64,000 bases of DNA, from positions 442-64,441 of the forward strand of contig JBKPAF010000014.1 of the NCBI GenBank assembly GCA_046726275.1, read 5' to 3'. The notes beneath the pieces are model-generated. The model made no database searches, was not told the DNA's origin, and saw only the letters and a list, made by a program, of their open reading frames with translations. Positions 38,472-50,009 of the stretch are shown here, piece by piece. Numbering within the stretch: the first letter of the stretch is position 1; every line of letters begins with the position of its first letter. Position numbers and translations under genes: made by a program. The DNA comes from Actinomycetota bacterium. GTDB lineage: Bacteria > Actinomycetota > UBA4738.

Positions 38472-39575
38472 ATGCAAAGAGCCGCGACTCTCAGGGCGGC
38501 CATTGCGGTGGTCACTCTCACTCTCGTGGGAGCGGCGTGCACGGGTGGAGACGGCGGTCAGGCCCAGTCACCCGGAACCGGGAGCCAGGTTGGCCAGGGA
38601 CAAGGTGGAAGCCTCCTCGACGCGGTCAAGCAGCGCGGCACCGTTCGCTGCGGCGTCAACCAGACAGTCCCGGGCTTCGGCTTCCTGAATCCCAGCTCGA
38701 ACCAGATCGAAGGGTTCGACATCGATTTCTGCAAGGCCATCGCGGCCGCGGTCCTGGGTGACCCCGCCAAGAACGAACTGGCTCCGATCACGGCCGAGGA
38801 GCGGTTCAACGCGCTGCGGGCCGGCCAGTACGACGTGCTGGTCCGGAACACGACGTGGACCAGCAGTCGCGACGGAGCGGAAGGGATCTCATTCGCCCAC
38901 GTGAACTTCTACGACGGCCAGGCCATGATGGTGCGCCAAGGCGAGTTCTCCTCGGTGAAGGAGATGGATGGGGCCCCGGTCTGTGTGACCGCCGGGACGA
39001 CCACCGAGCTGAATCTCGCCGACTACGCGCAGCAGCTGGGGATCCAGCTTCAGTCCGTGACGTTCCCGACCAACGACGAGATCCTTCCCGCGTTTCAAGC
39101 GAAGCGTTGCGACGGTTGGACCTCGGACAGGTCGCAGCTGGCCGGATTGAAGGCAGAGTTCGAGGAACAGCTCGGAGCACTGGAGATCCTGCCGGACGTC
39201 ATGTCGAAGGAACCGTTGGCTCCTGCCGTGCTCGACGGGGACAGCAAGTGGTATGACGTGGTGAACTGGGTGGTCAACGGACTCATCCTGGCGGAAGAGC
39301 TGGGGGTGAACAGCCGGAACGTCGCCCAGGAAGCCTCGAACCCGTCGAACCCGCAGATCGGGAACCTACTGGGAGCTCCCACGGAAGAGGGACAGGCCTT
39401 CGATCCCGGGCTTGGGCTGGACCCTGATTTCATGGTCGACGTACTGAGGGCTGTGGGGAACTACGGGGAGATCTTCGACCGCCACGTCGGTCCAGGCACT
39501 CCGCTCGGCTTGGAGCGAGGCCAGAACGGCTTGTGGACCGACGGCGGCTTGATGTACTCACCGCCCTTCCGCTAA
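38472..39575 (+). CDS. aapJ: general L-amino-acid ABC transporter substrate-binding lipoprotein (AapJ/BztA-like)
   Basis: Lipobox LVGAAC, CGVNQTVPGF, GFDIDFC, RNTTWT.SRD, MSKEPL, VGNYGEIF. SD aaggagggga before ATG 38472. Confidence 0.88.
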   Translation: MQRAATLRAAIAVVTLTLVGAACTGGDGGQAQSPGTGSQVGQGQGGSLLDAVKQRGTVRCGVNQTVPGFGFLNPSSNQIEGFDIDFCKAIAAAVLGDPAKNELAPITAEERFNALRAGQYDVLVRNTTWTSSRDGAEGISFAHVNFYDGQAMMVRQGEFSSVKEMDGAPVCVTAGTTTELNLADYAQQLGIQLQSVTFPTNDEILPAFQAKRCDGWTSDRSQLAGLKAEFEEQLGALEILPDVMSKEPLAPAVLDGDSKWYDVVNWVVNGLILAEELGVNSRNVAQEASNPSNPQIGNLLGAPTEEGQAFDPGLGLDPDFMVDVLRAVGNYGEIFDRHVGPGTPLGLERGQNGLWTDGGLMYSPPFR

Positions 39576-39644
39576 ACGCCCAGTCTGGTGGGACCCGGTC
39601 GCACCGGCCGGGTCCCACCCCTATCCTTCGACCCAGTGACAGAG

Positions 39645-40820
39645 ATGGCGCTCCCGAGTACTGCCCGGCCGCCCTTCTGGCGGAACGTCCGGGTGCTGCG
39701 GATCCTGGGCCAGGCCGTGTTCGTCTTCTTGGTGGTCCTGGCCTTTCGTGAACTCTTCCTCAACCTCTCCCTCGGTCTGCAGCGGCAAGGACTCGATCTC
39801 GACTTCGGCTTCCTTCGGCAACGAGCCGGTTTCCCCATCAAAGAAGGCATCTCCTACAGCCCGAACCAGAGCTACGTGCGGGCGTTGCAGGTCGGGCTGG
39901 TCAACACGATCCGGGTGGCGGGGATCGGCATCGTCCTGGCGAGCATCCTGGGACTGGTCATGGGGATCGCGCGGCTCTCTCCAAACTGGCTGGTCCGCAG
40001 GATCGCTCAGGTGTACGTCGAGGCGATCAGGAACACTCCGGTGGCCGTCCAGATCGTGTTCTGGTACGTCGCCGTGGTCCTCGCCTTACCGGCGATCGAC
40101 GGCGGATTCTCGCTCTGGGAGGTCGCGTTCCTGTCGAACAGGGGGATGGCCGTGCCGTGGATCCGGCTTGGAGACGGCGCCACGGGCTGGGGTCTGTTCC
40201 TCCTCGTTGCCCTGGGAGCGGCGGCGGGGGCATGGTGGTGGCGCAGCCGCATGAACGAACGAACGGGACGGCCTCACCACCGCGTCGCGTGGTCCCTGAC
40301 GATGTTCGCCGGGATTTCCGCGATCGGGTACGTGGTTGCCGGGGATCCCCTCAGCCTGAACATCCCGGAGTTCACGCGCCGCGGGTATCGCGGAGGCGCC
40401 CAGCTGAGTCCCGAGTTCGCGGCGCTGCTGATCGGCCTCGTCATCTACACCGGCGCGTTCATCGCCGAGATCGTTCGCGGGAGCATCCTCTCAGTGTCGA
40501 AGGGGCAGAAGGAGGCCGCGGAGGCGCTGGGATTGACTCCCTCCCAGCAACTCAGGCACGTCGTCCTTCCGCAGGCGCTCCGGGTGGCGATCCCACCCCT
40601 CAACAGCCAATACCTGAACCTGGCGAAGAACTCCAGCCTGGCCGTGCTGATCGGCTATCCGGAGCTCGTCTCGGTTTCGCGGACCATCTCGTTTCAGGCC
40701 GGCCGAGCGACGCAGGTCCTTCTCATCGTGATGGCCTCGTATCTGACCATCAGCCTGGTGATCTCTTCGCTCATGAATCTCCTTAATCGCGCCGTCGCCT
40801 ACAGGGGAGAACGTCGGTGA
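39645..40820 (+). CDS. aapQ: amino-acid ABC permease (AapQ-like)
   Basis: [45 protein letters not shown]. Confidence 0.88.
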   Translation: MALPSTARPPFWRNVRVLRILGQAVFVFLVVLAFRELFLNLSLGLQRQGLDLDFGFLRQRAGFPIKEGISYSPNQSYVRALQVGLVNTIRVAGIGIVLASILGLVMGIARLSPNWLVRRIAQVYVEAIRNTPVAVQIVFWYVAVVLALPAIDGGFSLWEVAFLSNRGMAVPWIRLGDGATGWGLFLLVALGAAAGAWWWRSRMNERTGRPHHRVAWSLTMFAGISAIGYVVAGDPLSLNIPEFTRRGYRGGAQLSPEFAALLIGLVIYTGAFIAEIVRGSILSVSKGQKEAAEALGLTPSQQLRHVVLPQALRVAIPPLNSQYLNLAKNSSLAVLIGYPELVSVSRTISFQAGRATQVLLIVMASYLTISLVISSLMNLLNRAVAYRGERR

Positions 40821-42064
40821 AGCGCGTCGGCGGGGCCCCGGAGGACCTCGATCTCGATCTTGTGCCGGAGAACCAGGTGGTCGTGGAGGTCGCTCCCTCC
40901 AAAGAGCCGACCACGCCCGGCGAGTGGATCCAGCGGAATCTCTTCCCCACACCCCTCAGCAGCGTGTTGACGATCGCCGTCGGAGTGTTGGTTGGATACT
41001 TCGGGTTCCGGTTCGTCAGGTGGGTTTTCGTCACCGCGGACTGGCAGGTGGTCAAGACCAATCTCCGTATCTACATGGTCGGGCGATTCCCCATCGACCA
41101 GCTCTGGAGGGTGTGGGCGGCCGCGTTTGTGGTCATCGGTCTCGGTGGCCTGTCCTGGGGCGTGTCGGGGAAGAAGCTCGAATGGACACCACGAAAGACG
41201 ATCCTCCGCCTCGTCCTCGCTGGCCTGTTCGCCGGAGCCCTCGTCTACTTGCTCGAGGGCGTCCGAATCTGGATGCTCATCGCTTCGGCGATCATCCTGT
41301 TCGCTGCTGGGATCGCCCTCGGACGAAGGAGTGGCCCGCGGGCCAGACCGGCCCTCGGTGTCGGATGGGCCCTGGCCTTCCCCGCCGTGATCCTGCTGCT
41401 CCGAGGATTCGGCGGTGTTCCGCCGAGACTCTGGGGAGGACTTCTGCTGAACGTCCTCGTGGCCGTCGTCGGGATCTTCCTTTCCTTCCCGCTCGGAATC
41501 CTTCTCGCCCTGGGCCGAAGAGGATCACTGCCGGTCGTTCGCCTTTTCTGCGTGGGCGTCATCGAGCTGGTCCGGGGAGTACCGCTGGTCACGCTGATCA
41601 TCGCCGGGCAATTCATCCTTCCGCTCATGCTGCCTCCCGGGCTGACCTTGGTGCAGATCGTGCGGATGATGCTGGTCTTCACTCTGTTCAGCGCTGCCTA
41701 CGTCGCGGAGATCGTCAGGGGCGGTCTGCAGGGCGTTCCTGCGAGCCAGTACGATGCGGCTCGAAGCCTTGGTCTCTCGGCGTCCCGGCTGATGGGTCTG
41801 ATCATCTTGCCGCAGGCCCTCAGGTCGACGATCCCCTCGATGATCAGCCACTTCATCAGCCTGTTCAAGGACACGTCGCTCCTGGCAGCCCTGGCGATCA
41901 CCGAGTTGCTCCAAGCAGCCAGACAGTCATCGGCACAGCTGGAATTCATCGGACGACAGAAGGAAGCTCTCCTCGCCGCCGCATTGATCTTCTGGGTGAT
42001 CGCGTTTTCCATGTCACGCTGGAGTCAAGGGCTGGAGCGTCGGGTGGGCCTCGGGGAGCGGTAG
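40817..42064 (+). CDS. aapM: amino-acid ABC permease (AapM-like)
   Basis: [38 protein letters not shown] overlap with aapQ. Confidence 0.88.
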   Translation: MKRVGGAPEDLDLDLVPENQVVVEVAPSKEPTTPGEWIQRNLFPTPLSSVLTIAVGVLVGYFGFRFVRWVFVTADWQVVKTNLRIYMVGRFPIDQLWRVWAAAFVVIGLGGLSWGVSGKKLEWTPRKTILRLVLAGLFAGALVYLLEGVRIWMLIASAIILFAAGIALGRRSGPRARPALGVGWALAFPAVILLLRGFGGVPPRLWGGLLLNVLVAVVGIFLSFPLGILLALGRRGSLPVVRLFCVGVIELVRGVPLVTLIIAGQFILPLMLPPGLTLVQIVRMMLVFTLFSAAYVAEIVRGGLQGVPASQYDAARSLGLSASRLMGLIILPQALRSTIPSMISHFISLFKDTSLLAALAITELLQAARQSSAQLEFIGRQKEALLAAALIFWVIAFSMSRWSQGLERRVGLGER

Positions 42065-42066
42065 CG

Positions 42067-42855
<789 letters not shown>

Positions 42856-42858
42856 CGC

Positions 42859-43428
42859 TCAATGGGGCGCGGCTTCTCCACGCTGCCTACGCGATCCGCG
42901 TAGGAATTCTTTGCGATGCAGTGCGTACCGGACCAGATCCAGGTCGAACAGGCGCGTCTCGGCTTCGTACCGCATACCGACGTGCTCCATGACCTTTCGC
43001 GAAGCGATGTTCTCGGGCACCGCCAAGGCGATGATCCGCTCGAGCCCGGCGCGGGTGAAGCCGAACACCAGCGCCGCCGCGGCGGCCTCCGTGGCCAGCC
43101 CCTGCCCCCAGTGGTCGCGCCCGAGGGCATAGAGCACCTCCGTCTCGGCGATCTCCTCGAGATAGCGGAGGCCGCAGTGCCCGATGAGTTCCCTCGTGTG
43201 TCGGTCGCAGACAACCCACACTCCGTACCCGTGCGTTTCCCAGTGCTTCACCCCGCGCTCGTACGCGCCGTCTAGCTGTTCACGGGGGACCGGTTGGCCG
43301 CCGGGCAGGAACCGCATGACCTCGGGGTCGGCGAAGATCCGCCCGTGCCAGGCATGCAGGTCCTCCGGCGTGTACGGACGAAGCAGGAGGCGGTCGGTCT
43401 GCACCGAGTCGCGCTCGTGGTCGGCCAC
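42859..43428 (-). CDS. GNAT acetyltransferase (RimJ/RimL type)
   Basis: TDRLLLRP, WGQGLATEA, ENIASRKVMEHVGM. Confidence 0.88.
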   Translation of the reverse strand: MADHERDSVQTDRLLLRPYTPEDLHAWHGRIFADPEVMRFLPGGQPVPREQLDGAYERGVKHWETHGYGVWVVCDRHTRELIGHCGLRYLEEIAETEVLYALGRDHWGQGLATEAAAAALVFGFTRAGLERIIALAVPENIASRKVMEHVGMRYEAETRLFDLDLVRYALHRKEFLRGSRRQRGEAAPH

Positions 43429-43440
43429 AGCGACGGAGCC

Positions 43441-44034
43441 TCACATCTCGCGGCGACCCTCGAGCGCCTGGCCGAGCGTCACCTCGTCGGCATACTCGAG
43501 ATCTCCCCCGACGGGGAGCCCGCTGGCGAGTCGGGTGACCCTGACCCCGATCGGCTTGAGCAGGGCCGCCACGTACATCGCGGTGGCGTTGCCTTCGAGA
43601 TTGGGGTTCGTGGCCAGGATGACCTCCTGAACGTGGTCCCGACCAACCCGGTCGAGAAGCTGCTGCACGCGAAGGTCGTCCGGTCCGATCCCCTCCAGAG
43701 GTGAGATGGCTCCACCGAGCACGTGGTACCGCCCCCTGATCACTCCTGCCTTCTCGATTGCGGCCTGGTCCTTCGACTCCTCGACGACGCAGATCACGGA
43801 GGAATCCCGGCCCGGATCCCGGCAGATCCGGCACAGATCGCCCTCGCTCACGCTGAAGCATTCCTTGCAGAAGCGAACACGTTCCTTGGCAGCCACGATG
43901 GCCTCGGCCAACCGCTTGGCATCCTGAGAGGGCGCCTTCACCAGGTAGAAGGCCAGGCGCTGAGCTGACTTGGGGCCGATGCCGGGCAGCCTCGAGAGCT
44001 CGTCGATCAGATCCTGGATCGGGCCCTCGAACAC
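43441..44034 (-). CDS. recR: recombination protein RecR
   Basis: [20 protein letters not shown] zinc finger, [28 protein letters not shown]. Confidence 0.97.
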   Translation of the reverse strand: MFEGPIQDLIDELSRLPGIGPKSAQRLAFYLVKAPSQDAKRLAEAIVAAKERVRFCKECFSVSEGDLCRICRDPGRDSSVICVVEESKDQAAIEKAGVIRGRYHVLGGAISPLEGIGPDDLRVQQLLDRVGRDHVQEVILATNPNLEGNATAMYVAALLKPIGVRVTRLASGLPVGGDLEYADEVTLGQALEGRREM

Positions 44035-44036
44035 GG

Positions 44037-45800
44037 TTAGGAGGTCTCCCCGCCGTCCTCGATTTCCGCCCCCAGCTCTGCTTTCAGCCGGGCGACCGCG
44101 TCCTCGGTGGTGGCGGGCGGATCCTCCTCTTCGATGGGAGAGAGGCCGGGAACCTCTTCGCGAGCCACACAGCGGATCCTGGGCGAAACGCCAAACACTT
44201 CGGCAAACACCTCGCGAAGCTCATCTTCCTTCGATTGAACCTTCTGGACCGCGAACCTCCGGCCAGGCGGAAAGGCGAGCTCGAGCGTGGCCCCGTCATA
44301 CGCGGCCGCGGTAACCGAGCCGAGGTTGGCGTGCAGGATCATCTGCCGCCGGTCGTGCAGGCGGTCCAGGAGCTGCTGCCACGAGCGCCGGATGGTCTGC
44401 AGATCGAGCGCCCCGGTATCCGGCGCATGGGGCTCGTTGGCCCGAGGTTGGTCCGATTCAGCGTCGGTGTGGGCCTGCGAGAGTCCGACCTCGGTGCTCG
44501 CGTCGGACGCCTCGGAGGTGGTCGAAGCCGCCGGTTCGGAAGGGACGACCTCGTCGCGAAGCGTGGGGTTGGGTGGGGGCTGGCCACGCGGAGCGGCGAG
44601 GTCGTCCTGCCGGTCCGAGGGCCCGGGGGCTCCCCCGGAACCACCTTCCACGCCGGCCAATCGTTCCAGTCGCTCGATGCGCGCGGCCAGCCCGGCGGGG
44701 TTCGGATCGGCCTCAGGAACGGTCGAGCGCACCAGGGCGAGCTCGAGCGTCAGCCGTGGCGAGGTCGTCCACCGCATGTCGGTCTGCGCGGCGACCAGAA
44801 GCGAGAGCACTCTGCTGAGCTCGGCGAGGGTGAACTTGTGCGCTTGGGCCGCGAGCCGCGCGTGCCGGTCGGCGGCCACATCCAGCACTGCCAGCTCCTC
44901 CGGGGCGGACCGGACCAGCATCAGGTCGCGGAAGTGCTGCAGGATCTGTCCGGTGACGTGGCGGAAGTCGTGACCCTCCTGCACCAGGCGGTTGACGATC
45001 TGGAACACTCCCTGGACGTCCCGGATCGCCACCGCGTCGGCCAGCTCGAAGTGGACGTCGCCCTGTGGCGCGCCGATGAGACTGGCGATCGTCTCCTCGG
45101 TGACCTCGCCACCGCCCAGTACCGAGCTCTGGTCCAGCAGCGAGAGCGCATCGCGGACCGAGCCCTCGGCCTGCCGGGAAAGCGACTCCGCGGCGGACCG
45201 GACGAGCTCGATCCCCTCCTGCTTCGCCACGCGTTCCAGGTGATCGGCCAGGAGCTCGGTGCCCACCCGGCGGAAGTCGAACCGCTGACAGCGACCCACG
45301 ATCGTCGGAGGCATCTTGTGCGGCTCGGTCGTGGCCAGGACGAACCGGACCCCCGCGGGCGGTTCCTCGAAGACCTTCAACAGGGCGTCGAAGGCCTCCC
45401 TGGACAGCCGTTGGGCCTCGTCGATGATGTAGACCTTCTCCCGGCCCATCGCCGGGGCGGTGGGGGCGCGTTCCCTGAGCTCGCGAGCGTCGTCGACCCC
45501 GCCGTGAGAGGCCGCGTCGATCTCGACCACATCGAGATGGGAGCCGTCCCTGATCCGGACGCACTGCTCGCAGACACCGCAGGGCTCGGCCGTCGGTCCC
45601 TTCTCGCAGTTGACCATTCTGGCCAGGATGCGCGCAGTCGAGGTCTTCCCCGTTCCCCTCGGGCCGCAGAACAGGAAGGCGTGGGAGAGTCTCCCCTCCT
45701 TGATCGCTCCGACCAGGGCTCGAACGACGTGCTCCTGCCCGATGACCTCGTCGGGTGACTGCGGCCGATACTTCCGATAGAGCGCGACTTCCTCGGCCAC
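44037..45800 (-). CDS. dnaX: DNA polymerase III subunit gamma/tau
   Basis: [39 protein letters not shown]-like GRC. Confidence 0.96.
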   Translation of the reverse strand: MAEEVALYRKYRPQSPDEVIGQEHVVRALVGAIKEGRLSHAFLFCGPRGTGKTSTARILARMVNCEKGPTAEPCGVCEQCVRIRDGSHLDVVEIDAASHGGVDDARELRERAPTAPAMGREKVYIIDEAQRLSREAFDALLKVFEEPPAGVRFVLATTEPHKMPPTIVGRCQRFDFRRVGTELLADHLERVAKQEGIELVRSAAESLSRQAEGSVRDALSLLDQSSVLGGGEVTEETIASLIGAPQGDVHFELADAVAIRDVQGVFQIVNRLVQEGHDFRHVTGQILQHFRDLMLVRSAPEELAVLDVAADRHARLAAQAHKFTLAELSRVLSLLVAAQTDMRWTTSPRLTLELALVRSTVPEADPNPAGLAARIERLERLAGVEGGSGGAPGPSDRQDDLAAPRGQPPPNPTLRDEVVPSEPAASTTSEASDASTEVGLSQAHTDAESDQPRANEPHAPDTGALDLQTIRRSWQQLLDRLHDRRQMILHANLGSVTAAAYDGATLELAFPPGRRFAVQKVQSKEDELREVFAEVFGVSPRIRCVAREEVPGLSPIEEEDPPATTEDAVARLKAELGAEIEDGGETS

Positions 45801-45828
45801 CGGCTACCCCCTGAACCCCCAAGACTAA

Positions 45829-46103
45829 GGTGACCGTGCACCCGCCGTTGTCCTCGGACGGCTCGGTCGCTCAACGGGTCGGTAGCTCCGGTCAGGTAAC
45901 CCCGCGGCACCCGCCAGCGCCCGCTTACCGCTGCTACCTTCCGGTCCTGACGGGGTTCGCAGGTTGGCGTCGCGCGGGACCCGGCCTTCAACGCTCCGTA
46001 CCCGGAGCGGTCCCGGACCATCCGGGCCGCGGGCGGGCATCGGCCCCGCTAGAGCGGATTGCGGGTACAGGGCACCGCTAGCTCCCCGCCTAGCACGGTC
46101 ACC
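45829..46103 (-). ncRNA. ffs: large (Bacillus-type) SRP RNA with Alu domain
   Basis: Domain IV TCAGGACCGGAAGGTAGCAG (rc of 45931-45950). 5' GGTGACCGTGCTAGGCGGGGAGCTAGCGGTGCCCTGTACCCGCAATCCGCTCTAGCGGGGCCG resembles the B. subtilis scRNA Alu domain. 3' GTGCACGGTCACC pairs with the 5' end. TATACT -10 box at 46111-46116. Canonical position upstream of dnaX. Confidence 0.92.
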
Positions 46104-46233
46104 GCATCCGAGTATACCGCCGGCCCAGGACACGGCCGACCGGCGACTGCGCCCAACCGCGGCTGGGATAGTCTTCGACGAACGGCCAGGAAGTCCCGCT
46201 GCCCGGTTCGGCCGCGCCGGACAAGGAGGGGGG

Positions 46234-47610
46234 ATGAACGGGGACGTCACCGCCGCGAGGGTGGACCGGGCCCGCCAGCTCACCGACAGGCTGATCGGCG
46301 ACGGCATCCGCGCCGTGGCGCTCACGATGGTGGACAACGCCGGTGTGACCAGAGTGAAGACGGTGCCGCTCCACCGGTTTCCGGCGGCCGCCGGGTTCGG
46401 CATCGGCCTTTCCCCGGTGTTCGACGTGTTCCTGGTGAACGATCACATCACCGCGAGCGATGAGGTCGGCGGGCCTGTCGGAGACCTTCGGCTCATGCCT
46501 GATATGGACGCGCTGCGGCCCCTCCAGGCCCAACCGGGATGGGCGTGGGCCCCGACGGACCAGTACACGCAGGAGGGTGAGGTCTTCGCGTCGTGTCAGC
46601 GATCGTTCGCCAGGAGGATGGCCGACCGAGCGGCCTCGGCGGGCCTCGCGCTCAAGATGGGATTCGAGGTCGAATGGTTTCAAGCGCGGCGGTCGGGCCA
46701 GGAGGTCGAACCGATCCATCGAGGACCCGCCTACAGCGCCATCGTCCTTGCCGAAGTGTCGGACTTCGCCCGGGACCTGATGGAAGCCCTGGGGGACGAG
46801 GGCATCGAAGTGTGGCAGTTCCACCCGGAGTACGCCACAGGACAGCTCGAGATCTCGGTCGGGCCCAGGGATCCCGTAACGGCCGCCGACGAGGACGTGC
46901 TCCTCAGGCAGACGATCCGGGGCGTGGCCGGTCGTTACGGCATGAGCGCTTCCTTCGCGCCGGTCGCCATCGCCGGTGAAGTCGGGAATGGGGGCCATGT
47001 CCACTTCAGCCTGTGGGAAGAGGACCGCAACTTGTTTGCCGGGGGCGACGGTCCCCATGGGATGACTGACCCCGGACAGGCATTCGTGGCAGGGATCCTC
47101 GCGGAGCTCCCCGCGCTCGTCGCCATCGGCTCCCCCAGCGTGGCCAGCTACCTACGGCTGGTGCCCTCGCACTGGTCGGGACCTTGGGCGTGCTGGGGGC
47201 GGGAAAACAGGGAGGCGGCGATCCGCTTCGTCATCGGCATGGTCGGGAGCCGCGAGACGGCGGCCAACACCGAGATCAAGTGCTTCGATCCGAGCGCCAA
47301 TCCCTATCTGGTCGCGGGGGCAGTGATCGCGGCTGGACTCATTGGGGTCGAGCAGGACCTCCGCCTGCCGCCGGAGGTCACCCAGGACCCTGCCGGGTAT
47401 TCGCAGGCAGAGCGGGACGAGCTCGGGATCCGGAGGCTGCCCGAGTCGTTGGGTGAGGCCGTGAGCCAGCTCGAGGAGTCGAAGGTGCTGCGAGAGGCCA
47501 TGGGAGACGTGCTGTTCAACGCCTTCGTGGCAGTCCGCCGGTCAGAGATCGACGTCTTCGCGGGAATGAGCGACGAGGAGCTGGTCGAGGCCCATCGGTG
47601 GAGATACTGA
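46234..47610 (+). CDS. glutamine-synthetase-like gamma-glutamyl ligase (GlnA3/FluG C-domain type)
   Basis: GFEVEWF, HPEYATGQLE, GNGGHVHFS, SYLRL, WGRENREAAIR, NTEIKCFDPSANPYL. SD aaggaggg. The ORF track's upstream extension overlaps the SRP RNA and is spurious. Confidence 0.9.
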   Translation: MNGDVTAARVDRARQLTDRLIGDGIRAVALTMVDNAGVTRVKTVPLHRFPAAAGFGIGLSPVFDVFLVNDHITASDEVGGPVGDLRLMPDMDALRPLQAQPGWAWAPTDQYTQEGEVFASCQRSFARRMADRAASAGLALKMGFEVEWFQARRSGQEVEPIHRGPAYSAIVLAEVSDFARDLMEALGDEGIEVWQFHPEYATGQLEISVGPRDPVTAADEDVLLRQTIRGVAGRYGMSASFAPVAIAGEVGNGGHVHFSLWEEDRNLFAGGDGPHGMTDPGQAFVAGILAELPALVAIGSPSVASYLRLVPSHWSGPWACWGRENREAAIRFVIGMVGSRETAANTEIKCFDPSANPYLVAGAVIAAGLIGVEQDLRLPPEVTQDPAGYSQAERDELGIRRLPESLGEAVSQLEESKVLREAMGDVLFNAFVAVRRSEIDVFAGMSDEELVEAHRWRY

Positions 47611-47627
47611 GTTGGCCTGAAGAAGGT

Positions 47628-48791
47628 CTACCGGTCAACCGGATAGATCCGGAAGGCGTTGGTGCGGCCGAGCATCGAGGCGATCCTGTGTGCCTCCTGG
47701 GCCGTACAGTCCCCGCTATCCACCCACTCGCTCAGAATCGTCCCGAGCATCTGTCGGAACAACTGTGCTCCAAGGTAATAGAGCTCCGGGAGGCCGAACG
47801 CATCCGAGGAGAAGAGCTGCTTGGTGAAAGGGGCCACCTCGAGCGCCTCGGCCAGCACGTTCCTGGCGCTCGGGCCCGTGTAGTTCAGCGCGGACCCTAC
47901 GTCGAAGTACACGTGCGGGAAGACCGCGGCCAGGTAGCCCGCCTCTCGATGATATGGGTAGCAATGGAGGAACACGACGTTCACGGGTAGCTTCCCCATC
48001 GACCGGATGAGGTCGGTCAATAGGGCGGGGTTCGCCTCGTGGATCCGAAGGTCGGGGTCGCCGAACCCTGAGTGGACCTGGAGAGGAAGGCCTCGCTCCC
48101 GGGCCACCTCTACGCCCGCCCAGATGCCGAAGCGAAGGAGCACGGGATCCGTGAGCCGCCACCGGCCCTCCTCGATCTCGCGCAGCCAGTCTCCCGTGGC
48201 CTCGACGACCTCTGCGCGGGATGGCGGGCTGGGGTCGAAGGCAAACCCGGCGCGGTAGGCCACGATCGTCTTCAGCCCGACTGCCGCGTCGGACCGCTTT
48301 TCCAGCGCGGCTTCCAGCGCGTCCGGGTAACCGGCGGCATCGGCCACCTCAGCGGCCACCGACTCCGCAACCGCCTCGATCCGCACGACCTCGTGCACGG
48401 GAGCGCCGGCCAGCTCGCCCATCGCCGGAAGATCGAGGAGTTCGTCGGACCGGTAGCCGGAGTCGATCAGCAGGGCTGCCATCTCGGCTCCCCGCAGGAG
48501 CCTTCGGTTGACCTCCTCAGGACCGACCTCCTCTCTCCGGGCCAGATACGCGTCCGCCGGAACCAGCGGGTCGAGGTCGAGCATCGGACCGCACCAACGT
48601 CGTATCGCCAGCCCGATCGGCGCGTCGAAGTGGCTCGTACCGGTCGGTGCAGGGTCGAACCCCTCGTTGATCAGGCCCTCGAACTCTTCCCGCCCCAGCG
48701 AGCCGGCCACCACTCCGTGGCAGTGATGATCGACGAGCTGCAGACGCTCCAGGCCGATCCCCTTCTCTCCTGACTGTTCGGCCCCGACCAT
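47628..48791 (-). CDS. amidohydrolase (FluG/NodGS N-domain type)
   Basis: DHHCH, LKTIVAYRAG, QVHSGFGD, LHCYPYHREA, VYFDVG, SSDAFGLPE. Confidence 0.88.
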   Translation of the reverse strand: MVGAEQSGEKGIGLERLQLVDHHCHGVVAGSLGREEFEGLINEGFDPAPTGTSHFDAPIGLAIRRWCGPMLDLDPLVPADAYLARREEVGPEEVNRRLLRGAEMAALLIDSGYRSDELLDLPAMGELAGAPVHEVVRIEAVAESVAAEVADAAGYPDALEAALEKRSDAAVGLKTIVAYRAGFAFDPSPPSRAEVVEATGDWLREIEEGRWRLTDPVLLRFGIWAGVEVARERGLPLQVHSGFGDPDLRIHEANPALLTDLIRSMGKLPVNVVFLHCYPYHREAGYLAAVFPHVYFDVGSALNYTGPSARNVLAEALEVAPFTKQLFSSDAFGLPELYYLGAQLFRQMLGTILSEWVDSGDCTAQEAHRIASMLGRTNAFRIYPVDR

Positions 48792-48874
48792 CGGTTCCCC
48801 TCCCTCGCCGCGGTAGTGTGCGGCACTCCGCCCCGTGCGGCAACGCCTCGCCCGCCTGCTGGTATCGTTTCCGC

Positions 48875-49816
48875 GTGGCCGAAGCCGGATTCGGGGCGCG
48901 CGGGGTGGCGTATCTCGACGGGCGCTTCGTGCCGATGGAGGAAGCCAAGATTTCCATCGCCACCCATGCTTTCAACTACGGTACGGGGTGCTTCGAGGGC
49001 ATCCGTGGGTACTGGAACCCGGAGCACGAAGAGATCTACCTCGTCAAGTTGCAGCAGCACTTCCGGAGGCTGCTGAACTCGACACGGCTCTTTCGGATCG
49101 AACTTGGCCTGGACGCCCAGCAACTGTGCGACATCGCCGTGGAAGTGGTCGCCCGAAGCGGTTACCGCGAGGATGTCTACGTCCGGCCGATCGCGTACAA
49201 GGCCTCGCCGGTGATCAAGGTAGGCCTGTTGCACCTGCAGGACGCTCTCTGCTGCTTCTCCGCCCCCATGGGGGACTACTTCGACATCGGGAAGGGCCTC
49301 TCGGTCACGGTGTCGGGCTGGCGCCGCAACGACGACAACGCCATCCCGGCCAGAGCCAAGGCTACGGGCGGGTACCTCAACGCGGCGCTGGCCATCGCCG
49401 ACGCGCAGGAGGCCGGATTCGACGAGGCCATCCTCCTTACCCAGGACGGGCACGTCTCCGAAGGAAGCGCCGCCAACATCTTCCTGGTCGTGAACGGCAG
49501 GCTCCTTACGCCTGCAGTCGCGGACGACATCCTCGTGGGGATCACCAGGGCCGCGATCATGGAGCTGGCCGCGAAGCTCGGCCTCCCTGTGGCCGAGCGG
49601 CGGGTGGATCGGACCGAGCTCTACGTGGCCGACGAGATCTTCCTGTGCGGTACCGGGGTCCAGGTGGCGCCGATAACCAAGGTGGATGGCAGGAAGATCG
49701 GGGACGGCAAGATGGGCGAGGTCACCCGGTCGATCCAGGACCTCTACCTTTCAGCGGTCCATGGCGAGGTCGAAGAATACATGAGTTGGCTGACCCCCGT
49801 GTACGCCTCCCGCTGA
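48875..49816 (+). CDS. ilvE: branched-chain amino acid aminotransferase (fold-type IV PLP)
   Basis: HAFNYGTGCFEGIR, HFRRL, YVRP, AKATGGY, EGSAANIF, LVGITR, ADEIFLCGT. Confidence 0.9.
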   Translation: MAEAGFGARGVAYLDGRFVPMEEAKISIATHAFNYGTGCFEGIRGYWNPEHEEIYLVKLQQHFRRLLNSTRLFRIELGLDAQQLCDIAVEVVARSGYREDVYVRPIAYKASPVIKVGLLHLQDALCCFSAPMGDYFDIGKGLSVTVSGWRRNDDNAIPARAKATGGYLNAALAIADAQEAGFDEAILLTQDGHVSEGSAANIFLVVNGRLLTPAVADDILVGITRAAIMELAAKLGLPVAERRVDRTELYVADEIFLCGTGVQVAPITKVDGRKIGDGKMGEVTRSIQDLYLSAVHGEVEEYMSWLTPVYASR

Positions 49817-50009
49817 GTCCACCGGTTTCGCAAGTCAGCAGGGAACCCTCCGCGCTGGACGTCGCGGAATCTCGAGCCCTTGCTCTAGCGCCGAGTCCAC
49901 GCTCTCTGATAGACCTCGATTGCGACGCTCGCGTCGGGTGACGCCCGTCACCAGCGTGGCGGTACGAGGCTGGCTCCTTCCAATGAGAAGGGCCGGGAAG
50001 GGGGGGGAC

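Noticed and set aside
45964-46233. 90-aa N-terminal extension of the GS-like ORF
   Set aside because: Overlaps the SRP RNA on the opposite strand; a strong SD precedes ATG 46234.
49817-50009. Possible riboswitch upstream of the exported beta-solenoid gene
   Set aside because: Only a short GGTGAC/GTCACC hairpin; no recognisable aptamer consensus. An Rfam scan would settle it.
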